A stretch of DNA of 20,000 nucleotides from Spirogloea muscicola (taxonomy: Eukaryota), in contig WELB01000018.1 of the NCBI GenBank assembly GCA_009602725.1, positions 1,031,084 through 1,051,083 of the forward strand. Direction: 5' to 3'. The translations under genes and the position numbers were made by a program. How positions within the stretch are numbered: the stretch's first letter is position 1; every line of letters starts with the position of its first letter. Below the pieces are notes generated by a model. The model was given only the letters and a program-made list of their open reading frames with translations. It was not told the origin of the DNA and made no database searches. This document shows positions 1 to 9,140 of the stretch, in pieces.

Positions 1-690
1 GTGATTCTCAGGCGTTTTACTAAACACCAGGATATCATCCAAGTAGACCAACACGATATCATACATAGGGGGCAAACGACCTTCGTCATCAACGCCTAAA
101 ATGTGGCAGGTGCATTGGTTAGACCAGAGCTGAGCTACTTGAATTGGAAGTGACCGAGTGGCGTACGGAACGCCGACTTCGGGACGTCCTCAGGGGTGTT
201 ACGAATCTGGTGGTAACCGCTTTGCAGGTCGAGGAACTAAAGACATTAGCGCCTGCGAGACGATCGAACAGGTCGTCAATTCGCGACAAAGGATACCGGT
301 TCTTGACAGTGAGCTTATTCAAGCTCTATAATCGATGAATATCCGACGACTACCATCCTTCTTCGTGACCAAGAGGATGGGCGCACCGTGCGGCGACTGG
401 GAAGGCTCAATGTGCCTTTTACGTAGCAGGTCCGTCACTTGGGACTGCAATTTTCGGAATCCGAGAGGACTCAGTCGATACATCGGACGGTACGGCGGCA
501 AAGCGCCGGGCTCCAATGGAATTGCATGAGCCACGCCTCGATTTGGAGGCAAACCGTCTGAAAGAGCATCCGGGTTGACATCCGAAACTCCGCCAACAAA
601 TTGTCAAGAGCCGCACCATGTGAGGCCACATACCTCACTACTACCGAGTCAGGAGGGGACTCATGTCTGATCACCATTAAGAGATACAAT
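1..690 (-). pseudogene. pol: Element A pol fragment: linker and reverse transcriptase (disrupted)
   Basis: ORF pieces [40 protein letters not shown] and [25 protein letters not shown] at 34-45; frames are broken. Confidence 0.92.
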
Positions 691-1609
691 TGTTATGTCC
701 CTGTCCCTAATCAGACAGTGAGGGTCAGAATCTCCTTCCTCTTTGGGTCCTCTTTGAGTTTCGCACATAGGGTGTTTTGGAGACAAGCCCCTTACAGAGT
801 GGAACGCCAGCGCCCACAGCGCACACGTACGCGCACATAGCGCAGCGGAAGTCTTACCCTGAGGCACCGCCGGAAGGCGGCGACTCGACCGAGGGTCAGC
901 AGCTGTCCCCGCAAGGGGCGCGGCCATGGTACTTACAGAGAGCCGGCGAGGTCCGCAGCGACGAGCTGCGGCGACGGGCTGGGCAGCAGGCGGCAGCAGC
1001 AGAGCTGTGGCGGCGGCTTGCAGCAGCAGGCAGCAGCAGGGCTGTGGCGGCGGCTGCGGTAGCAGGCAGCAGCAGGGCTGTGCCTCTCTTGGCGTCACGG
1101 GTCCGACTGAGCAGTCTGGCCTCGGCCTACCACTGATAAGCATTCCATCTGCCACCCCTTCCCTGAGGTTGTGACGAGGGTCGCCCCCAAGGTCCTCCCC
1201 CGGAGAGGCGGGCCTGACAAGGAGATACGACGAATCCAAGAGACACTGGCGCACAGCGCCAAGGGACTGGCGCCAAGAAGTGGCGCACCAGGCCAAGAGC
1301 CTGGCTCGCGGGGCCAAGGGACTGAGGCCATGAGGCCATGATTTCAGGCGAGCTGGCCCACCCGGCCGGCCCGCAGGGCGTGGGCCTGAGGGAGCAGGAG
1401 AGAGGGAGAGCTGGCCCACCCGGCCAGCCCACAGGGCGTGGGCCCGAGGCGTGCGCACGTGGTACGGAGACCGGGACATCGAACCGTACTTAGCTACATA
1501 CATTGGAGCAAAGCTACCGGTACCGTTTGGGACTTCAAAACGGTAGATACGATATGAACATGTAAGGTTACCGGCACCGTTGGCACTCTCAAACGGAGGG
1601 CACGTCACA
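691..1609 (-). mobile_element. Solo LTR 1 (919 bp) inserted into element A pol between protease and RT
   Basis: TG...CA ends with an imperfect terminal inverted repeat (TGTTATGTCCCT / TGTGACGTGCCCT). Homologous to the element A LTR in the same orientation (e.g. 790-890 vs 3575-3670). Host pol resumes on both sides. No matching TSD seen. Confidence 0.85.
1350..1449. repeat. 42-bp direct repeat x2 (period 58) in the U3-like part of solo LTR 1
   Basis: GAGCTGGCCCACCCGGCC(G/A)GCCC(G/A)CAGGGCGTGGGCC(T/C)GAGG at 1350-1391 and 1408-1449. Confidence 0.9.
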
Positions 1610-2075
1610 CAGACGAGGTGGGTTCTGCGTGAAGGAGCCTCTTCAATTGCACAGCCGACAGCTGAACAGAGGAGCCTGTCACCGGCGCTGATACATGGGC
1701 AACGTCTTTATACAGTACGAAACGACGAGCACCCTGTCGGGCCGAGCAAGTCCGCGCGTCAAAGTCGAGGAGGGCCTCACTAGCATGCAACCAGTCATTG
1801 CCCAAGATCACATCAAACCCCGGTGCCAACTCAACGACATGGCAAGACATAACCGTCTTATATTTTTGAATGCAAACAGGGGGTCTGACACAGGCCCGTG
1901 CTTCGGCACTTCAGCACTTTGTCCATTTGCCAGTGTAGCTTGTTGAATACCAGTGGCTTTTACACACAAACCATGTCACTCGCAAAATTCTTACTGACAC
2001 AGGAAAAAGAAGCCCCCGTGTCTACGAGTATCTGGGCTGGCTGAGTAGCCACCAGTCCCGAAAACGACATTGTTG
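1610..2075 (-). pseudogene. Element A aspartic protease region
   Basis: MSFSGLVATQPAQILVDTGASFSCVS and CHVVELAPGFDVILGNDWL: retropepsin DTG and DVILG motifs. Confidence 0.9.
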
Positions 2076-2199
2076 GCGCGACAGCGCTGAGTGCCGAGGC
2101 ACTTACTACCGTAAGAATATAAGCACAAGCTACAAATAATAGCAGTTTAGGAGGTCTTGGTGAAAGGCCACAGTCACTCCGTGCTCCACGTGGAGGTGG

Positions 2200-2510
2200 C
2201 CCGCCTTCTGGCGACACAATAAAGCCAGCCCTCTTGGAGTTAAAGTTTCCACTCCGCGACTGCATGGCACAAAAGAAGACAGATACTTTAGTACCGTGTA
2301 CACTGATCCTGCTCAAGTACATGCTCGCAGCTTCCTGCAACTCATTAGAAGGAACCCATACAACAAGGGGGCCTTCGTCTACCAGCGCTTGCATAAGCCC
2401 ATGCAGAGAGCGTACTACTGGCACCATAGACTTTGGACACACTCGTCCCACCAGTTCAAACAGAGTTTCCACTTCATGCCGCTGAAACACCCACAAGGGG
2501 AAATAGGGAA
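2200..2510 (-). other. Extra domain between Gag and protease in element A, Dam-like methyltransferase remnant (putative)
   Basis: In frame with the knuckle and protease in ORF 1960..2655. GPLVVWVPSNELQEAASMYLS..KVSVFFCA aligns by eye with the element B segment at the same position. Confidence 0.45.
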
Positions 2511-3420
2511 GGCGTTCACGTTTTCCTTTGCCCTTATACTGGCCCTTCGGGCGCGTTGAGGCAGGCATAGACGGCGTCGGCTCCTTCGGCGGCTGCAGGC
2601 ACTCCCGTACACGATGCCCCTCCGAGCCGCATCGGTAGCATGCCCGCTCGTCCACCGGGACAAACTTTGACTTTTCTTGGGCACTACCACTTGCCGAGGC
2701 GGCTGCCGGGGTCTTCCATCGTAGCCGTTCCGAGGCTTGAAGCGCTTGAACACCGAAGGACCCGGCGCGTCACGATCCTCACCACCACGGAGCAGGCGCT
2801 TCTTTGTAGGTACATGACGACTGCCGCGCTTGCTCGATGAATGTCTCCAACGTTGTTACAGCTTTGTGCGTGAGCTTGTCCAACTGGGATATGACAGCCA
2901 CGTGGTGCGGCAGGCCTGCCTTGAATCGTTGGACTTGATCCAGGTCATTCATGTTGCCGCACTTCATCAACAATAGATGGAACCGCCGTACATAATCCTC
3001 AAAATGGTCATTGACCATTCGGATCACATCGAGTTGGTTGTCTGGCGTAGAGCTCCGCATGAACCTCTACGTACATGGTGCTTAACGAGCGGGTAAAGTA
3101 GTCCCAGGTGTTGTAAACCCGAGGTGTTGAGGACGATTTTGTACTGTCCCAAACAGCGGCGGAGTCTCCCATGAGATACTTGGCGGCGATCCCGACCCGA
3201 GATGTTACAGGCGCCTCACGCAATTTAAACCACGCATTCATCTCTCGCAACCAGGCGGCGAGGCTGCCTTGCCCGTCGCATTTTGAAGGCTGGCACGGCT
3301 GGGCGCGCCCCAACCGTGCACCATGGCTAACCTTAGCCCGGAGACGTTGAACTCGTTCAGCTCGAAGCGACTCCCCTTCGAGTCAGCTCCTAAGCTCCAG
3401 AGTTACAGGAAGAACCTTGC
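2510..3420 (-). pseudogene. gag: Element A gag (capsid plus CCHC nucleocapsid), disrupted
   Basis: PSKCDG..LAAWLREMNAWF..AAKYLMGDSAAVW; EDYVRRF..DQVQRFKAGLP; CX2CX4HX4C knuckle. The start position is approximate. Confidence 0.85.
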
Positions 3421-3474
3421 ATTGGCAGCCGTATCACTAAGAAATATTACGAGGCTATCCAGATGCAAGGACAC

Positions 3475-3485
3475 CTCTGATACCA
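3475..3485 (-). promoter_or_regulatory. Primer binding site complementary to the initiator tRNA-Met 3' end
   Basis: The - strand reads ...CGTTTCA T TGGTATCAGAG, 1 nt after the LTR terminal CA. Confidence 0.92.
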
Positions 3486-3598
3486 ATGAAACGTTCTTAA
3501 GTCCTAGACACGCAGTTAGGGGTTAGTACGTCCTGGTTTGAGTTCGGACCTAGGGAGTTTAGGAACTACCCCCTTTACAGAGTGGAAATGCCAGTGCA

Positions 3599-4573
3599 CA
3601 CAGAACACATACGCGCATACCGCGCAGCCGAAGTCTTACCGTGAGGCACCGCCGAAAGGCGGCGACTCTACTCAGGGTCTGGCTTAGTATCTCCAGATGG
3701 GGCGCAAGCATGGCACTTACGGAGAGCCGGCTATGGATGCAGCGACGAGCTGCAGCGACGGGCTGAGCAGCGGACGGCAGCAGCAGAGCTGTGGCGGAGG
3801 CTGCGGCAGCAGGCAAGCAGGGCTGTGCCTCTCTCGGCGTCACGGGTCCGACTGGGCAGTCTGGCCTCGGCCCACTACAGATAGCGTTCCACCTGCCACC
3901 CCTCCCCCGAGGGTGTGACGAGGGTCGTCCCAGGGCCCACCTCGGGGGGGCGGGCCCAACAGTGGGGACACAGAATACGTGTGTGACGAGGGGAGCCCCA
4001 GGGGCCCACACTTGGCGGGGCTCGCCCGAGAGCGAGCCCGGGAATAGCTACACAGAGTGCAGCGGACTGACCGGCACCGTGGAAGACGCCCCAACGGTGA
4101 CGAGACGATAATGGAGGCTTCCGGCACAGAACACATACGCGCATACCGCGCAGCCGAAGTCTTACCCTGAGGCACCGCCGAAAGGCGGCGACTCTACTGA
4201 GGGTCTGGCTTAGTATCCCAAGATGAGGCGCAAGCATGGCCCTTACGGAGAGCCGGCGATGGATGCAGCGACGAGCTGCGGTGACGGGCTGAGCAGCAGA
4301 CGGCAGCAGCAGAGCTGTAGCGGCGGCTGCGGCAGCAAGCAAGCAGGGCTGTGCCTCTCTCGGCGTCACGGGTCGACTGGGCAGTCTGGCCTCGGCCTAC
4401 TACAGATAGCGTTCCACCTGCCACCCCTCCCCCGAGGGTGTGACGAGGGTCGTCCCAGGGCCCACCTCGGGGGGGCGGGCCCAACAATGGGGACACAGAA
4501 TACGTGTGTGACGAGGGGAGCCCCAGGGGCCCACCCTTGGCGGGGCTCGCCCGAGAGCGAGCCCGGGAATAGC
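3599..4573. repeat. About 450-bp direct duplication inside the element A LTR, separated by a 76-bp unique spacer
   Basis: 3599-4048 and 4125-4573 both run CACAGAACACATACG...CCCGGGAATAGC, with scattered substitutions and a 1-nt indel. Confidence 0.95.
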
Positions 4574-4648
4574 ATGGCCGCAGCCGAACATGCCGCCGAG
4601 GGCGTGCGGGCCCACGCATGCCGCCGAGCATGACGGGAGCATGCGAGG

Positions 4649-5242
4649 TGTAATGAATCAGCCGTTTGGTTAAGCCACGTGGCTCTGTTGGCATTACATG
4701 ACCGGCCATTTGGGACAAGTGGCCCGCCAGGTGGCGGGCTGGCTTGCCGGGCAGGTGCCCCGCCCAGAGGCGGACCCCGCCCAGAGGCGGGCCCCGCCCG
4801 TGCTTAAATACCCTCGCCAGGATTCACCCGTTCAAGGGAGGACCTTTGGCCTGCCGCACGGCGGACCTTGGGGCGACCCGCTCACACCCCTGGAGTGGGG
4901 GTGGCACGGGGAAGCACAAGGAGCCTTGGGGGCTGAGGCTCGAGAAGGAGTTCGGACCGGTGAAGCCCAGGAGCAGCCTTGCCGCTGCTTGCCGCCGCAG
5001 CCGCCGCCGCAGCCTGCTGCGGGGCTTGCTGCGGGGAGTCCGTGGCTGCGCCCGTAAAGGGCCAGTTGCTGGCTCGCGCCAGGAGGTGGAGTCGCCGCCG
5101 GACGGCGGCGCCACAGGGCCTGTCTTCCACTGCGCTATGCGCTAGTGCTTTGCCGTGTAGAGGGTTGGTCCCTAAATCCCCACAGCCGACCTTAACAAGG
5201 ACGACTCACCCTAATTGCGTTTGTAGGGGCGAATTCACTACA
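4649..5242 (+). mobile_element. Solo LTR 2 (594 bp) nested in the element A LTR
   Basis: Terminal inverted repeat TGTAATGAAT...ATTCACTACA; perfect 5-bp TSD CGAGG at 4644-4648 and 5243-5247; GC boxes CCCCGCCC x3 at 4758-4799 followed by TATA-like CTTAAATA at 4803-4810. Confidence 0.93.
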
Positions 5243-5799
5243 CGAGGCCACCCGATCGAGCCTGGACGGAACGACAACAGCACGAGTGCCAGGGCAGTTC
5301 ATACCGTCCGGCACGAACGCCCAAACGAACACCATGTTAGCGTCAACAAGACCGTTTGGCGCTCACGAACCTGGGAACGTTACAACCGGTGCCATCGCTT
5401 CAAGGCTGGGCTGCCCGCCAAGATGCAAATGTGGGTCGCGGTGGGATTTACCACTTCGCTGTCATGCGTGGGATTTTCTGTAAGATGGTGGAGCACGCCA
5501 GGAAAGTGCTCAGCACGCTGGCCAATGGGCTGGGACAAGCGTCTCCTGTTGGAGGCAGGTGGATCTGCAGAGGCACAGCGGGGCAAGAAGATGTTCCACC
5601 CTAAGGAGGGTCGAGCGCTCGTCCTCAAGGCGGCTTCCAGAACCCGCGAGTTGAAGGTTGGCTGCCATTGCTGCGGCGACGAGGGTCATCAGATCAAGGA
5701 CTGCCATGCGGCAGGTCCCTCTTCTTCCAGGTCACGTCCACAGCGCTCTATGGGCCGGGACAAGGGCAACTTCAAGGGCAAGCGTGAGTAGCTTACCCT

Positions 5800-6150
5800 T
5801 GCCTCTGAGAGCTATCCCATTCAGCCAGACATATGTGTGCTATTTGGTGTGCCCATCCCCGGAAGTAGTGCAATACCGGGGCGACGCGGGCCCGAGTTGC
5901 AAGCTGCCCCTCTTGCTGGCATAGCTTGCCCGCCATCCACAGAACCGGTTGTACGCTCGACTTCTGCTTTGTTGCAAGGTCTGGAGGTCGGAGGGCCTTT
6001 GCTTGTGTGGGTTGCCCACAATGACTGGCAAATGGCTGCAGACATTTACCTGAGCTGGCCTGCGCGCCGTCGGCCTGGAGATTTTGTGTTCTTCATTGTG
6101 CCACACAGGCGCGGCGTGATTGATCAACCTCCGCTCGAGATGTCGCTGTT
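5800..6150 (+). other. Extra domain between Gag and protease in element B, Dam-like methyltransferase remnant (putative)
   Basis: CPPSTEPVVRSTSALLQGLEVGGPLLVWVAHNDWQMAADIYLS..GDFVFFIVPHR, similar by eye to the element A segment. Confidence 0.45.
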
Positions 6151-6449
6151 GTGCTCGCACGAGGCGGAACACAGGCTCCTCAGGCGTAGTGTTGATGCCA
6201 CTCAGCTTAGGCTGTACCCGCAGATGTCAGGGTATATGTTGCTCGCACCCCACTTCTTGGTAGCAGTGTACGTTGGGTTCACACTATGTCATTTGAGTGG
6301 CTGGTTGCTGATGCACCAGCCAGGATCCTCCTGGACTCAGGAGCCTCAGTGTCCTCTGTAAGTAAGGATTTGGTGTAGTCCACTGGCTTGAATTTGCAAG
6401 CAGATGATTTGTCTAGAGTGACATTGGCCGATGGCCACCCCACCTATGT

Positions 6450-7024
6450 TGTAAGGACCCTCGCCCCTGCACACGCAATTAGGGTGAGTCGCCCATGTTA
6501 TATTCGGCTTTAGTGGGTTAGGAGCGGACCCACTACACAAGTGAAGCACTAGCGCATAGGTGCAGCGGAAGACAGGCCCTGTGGCGCCGCCGTCCAGCGG
6601 CGACTCCACCTTCTGGGCGCTAGCCAGCAGCTGTTTCCCAGGGGCCGCAGCCACAATCTCCCCGCAGCAAGCCCCGCAGCAGGCTGCGGCGGCCGCTGCG
6701 GCGGCAGGCAGCGGCAAGGCTGCTCTTGAGCTTCACAGGTCAGAGGGGATGGCGGGTCTCAGCCCAAGGCTCGTAGTGCTTCCCCGTGCCAACCCCCCTC
6801 CTGGCGTGTCTGCGGGTCGCCCCATGGCCTGCCTTGCGGCGGGCCAAATATCCTCCCTTGGACGGGTGGATCCTGGCGAGGGGTATTTTAGAACGGGCGG
6901 GGCCCGCACCTAAGCGGGCCACTTGCTCGGCAAGCCAGCCCGCCACCTGGCGGCCCACTTGTCCGTCAAAGTAGCGGTCTTATAACGCTGACAGCACCGT
7001 GTGGCTTCACCAAAGAATCCGGCA
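6450..7024 (-). mobile_element. Solo LTR 3 (575 bp) inserted in the element B protease; inverted relative of solo LTR 2
   Basis: TG...CA ends; TSD TATGT (6445-6449) / GATGT (7025-7029). Excision restores the frame LADGHPTYVLGLCKV. The reverse complement aligns with 4700-5235. Confidence 0.9.
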
Positions 7025-7937
7025 GATGTGCTGGGTCTATGCAAGGTCCCTTCCGCATTCAGCAATACAAGGACGAGGTGCCTTGTTACGTCACTGTGTT
7101 GGCTGCTGCTGATGTTATATTGGGTGATGATTGGCTTTGTGCCACATCGGCATGCCGTGATTTTGAAAGCCAAACTTGTGCTGTACAACATGCCGCACGG
7201 CCCCTTGTCCTTTGCAACAAGCTTCCCTGTGGAATGCCGCTGGTTGCAGGGGCTTCCATTCTGCTGTCCGCCATGCAGATGAAGCGATCAGTTCACAAGT
7301 ATACTATGCAGACGGCACATCTTGTGATTGTGGCGTTGAATGACGAGTCTGAGCCTGACTCGTGTGTGAATGCTGCGCTTTCACATGGCGGGATTCTTGA
7401 TAAGTTGTTGGAAGAGTTTGCGGACGTCCTCCCGACTCACTTCCGGACGGTCTACCTCCTTATCGAGGTGTGGCTCTACCGTTCCAATGGGACTAGGCGC
7501 TGATCCGCCGTACCGTCCCACGTACCAGCTGAGCCCTCTCAACTCAGAAAGTAATCCCAGGTGGAGGATCTGCTGCGAAAGGGCCATGTTGAGCCATCTC
7601 AGTCGCCGTCCGGTGCACCTATCTTCTTTGTCGAGAAGAACAATGGCAGTCTTCGGATGTGCATTGACCATCGGGGTTTGGACAAGCTCACTATTAAGAA
7701 GCGATACCCGTTGCCTCGGATAGATTACCTGTTTGATTTGGCTTGCAGGGGCTACTATGTGTAGCTCCCTGCTAAGTGGGTATCACCATATTCGTATCAC
7801 GCCTGCGGATGTTCCGAAGTCGGCGTTCCATACTCCGCTTGGACACCTTCAGTTCAAGGTGCTAAGCTTTGGTTTGACCAAAGCACCGGCTATGTTGCAG
7901 GCTGTGATGACGAGGGTCTTTGGCCCCGAGCTCTATG

Positions 7938-8343
7938 GAGAATAGTGCAAGTCTGGGATATGCTCGACGTGAGGATATGCTTCCAGCTCAGATGGGCATG
8001 CCGGCAGCCTAATTTTCATTCGTGCGTTGTCGGGCTGGTTGTTCCAGCCCCTATTCTCAATGGGCGAGCACTTTCTTCTTTCATTCGTGCGTTGTCGAGT
8101 GTCAGCTTGTCTGCACCGAGCTCAGCTCTCATGCGTTGCATCAGAAAGCTGGTCGAGTGTTAGCTGGTAGCTCAAGAGCTTGTCGATTGCCGTCTGGTAT
8201 TCGGGCATCACTTAGCGACCTCTATGTCCTGACTCGTGGTTACTGAGCGGGTCAGCTTAGCAGCAGGTGATGTACATATGTCGATGTGCTTGCCTTTGTA
8301 CTTGGCCACACAGATCCTCCATCTCTTAATACACTCTCCTTCT
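7938..8343. mobile_element. 406-bp unclassified insertion in the element B RT, just upstream of YLDD
   Basis: Flanked by TCTATG at 7932-7937 and 8344-8349. Removal restores FGPELYDFMLI(Y)LDD. No recognisable coding content; internal repeats present. Confidence 0.75.
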
Positions 8344-8749
8344 TCTATGACTTTATGCTGATTACTTGGACGACATACTGGCGTTCAGCAAAACGCCGGA
8401 GGATCACGTGGGCCACCTGAGCCTGAGTGCCGCAGTTGCTGCGAGAGAATGAACTGTATGCCAAGAGGTACAAGTGCGCAATTTACCAGCAAGAGCTGAC
8501 ATACCGTGTGCATGTTGTGGGCAAAGACGGCATACGTGTCGACCCCAAGAAGACTTCGGTCGTAAGGGGTTGGCATGTGCCACGGAATCTACCTCGATTG
8601 CGCTCCTTTTTGGGATTCGCAAATCACTTCCGTAAATGCCTACAAGGCTATGGGAAATTGGCACTTCCTCTTACGAAGCCGACTCGTAAGGACGTACCCT
8701 GGGAGTGTTCGTCCAAATGCCAGAGGGCATACGATGGCATACAGCAGGG

Positions 8750-9140
8750 CTGACATCTCCGCCTGTTCTGGCCTTTCCTCTGAAAGGCGTGCCATATGAG
8801 CTCATCTGCGATGCCTCTTTGACCGGCGTTGGTGCCGTGCTCTTGCAAGAGGGTCACCCAATAGCGTATGAGAGTCGCCTGCTGATCCCTGCAGGGCAAG
8901 ATTACGCTACGGGCGAGCAGGTATTGCTGGCTGTGGTGCACGCCTTACGTGTCTGGCGTAGCTACCTGGAGGGTGTGGGATTTACGGTGGTCACGGATCA
9001 TCGCCCGTTGACGTATTATCACACACATCAGCATTTGTCTCGACTGTCGAGCTCGATGGGCTGAGTGAATGCAAACATTCAATTTCCAGTGGGTGTACCC
9101 GGCCCTGGACGGCTCAATGTTGCGGACCCAGTGAGTCGAC
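8750..9140 (+). pseudogene. Element B RNase H domain
   Basis: LTSPPVLAFP..YELICDASLTGVGAVLLQEGHPIAYESR..YLEG..FTVVTDHRPL. Confidence 0.92.

Larger units (their letters stand above)
1..5384 (-). mobile_element. Ty3/gypsy LTR retrotransposon 'element A' (chromovirus-like, degenerate); 5' LTR, PBS, gag, protease and RT are present, the rest lies left of the window
   Basis: Order on the - strand: LTR 5384-3487, PBS TGGTATCAGAG, gag with CCHC knuckle CYRCGSEGHRVREC (2599-2640), protease LVDTGAS (~2010-2030), RT with SPHGAPILLVTKKDG, IDYRA-LNK and VYLDDIL. Many stops and frameshifts. Confidence 0.93.
3487..5384 (-). repeat. 5' LTR of element A, expanded by an internal duplication and a nested solo LTR
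   Basis: Terminal inverted repeat TGAAACGTTC (3487) / GAACGTTACA (5384), 9 of 10 matching; adjacent to the PBS. About 770 bp after removing the duplication and the nested LTR. Confidence 0.88.

Noticed and set aside
960..1080. GCA/GCG triplet-rich tract as a poly-Ala/Gln coding region
   Set aside because: It is an internal low-complexity part of every LTR copy and shows no coding support.
661..1608. 315-aa ORF on the - strand
   Set aside because: It coincides with GC-rich solo LTR 1, is low complexity and has no recognisable domain.
3635..3670. Hammerhead ribozyme / retrozyme in the LTRs ((C/G)TGAGGC-stem-GAAA loop-stem-CGACTC)
   Set aside because: It lacks the CUGANGA and post-stem GAAA core, lies antisense to the element, and the other LTR family has CTGTGGC.
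4649..4698. 50-bp mini element bounded by TGTAATG...CATTACA
   Set aside because: The longer inverted repeat and perfect CGAGG TSD show that the real unit is 4649-5242.
4979..5791. 270-aa ORF as an intact gag
   Set aside because: It is a chance fusion of LTR sequence with the 3' part of element B gag, which starts at 5385.
8014..8097. CRISPR-like repeat-spacer-repeat
   Set aside because: Only two 19-bp copies, in a eukaryotic TE context with no cas genes.
7938..8343. Spliceosomal intron within RT
   Set aside because: No GT/GC-AG boundaries on the element sense strand at positions that would restore the frame.
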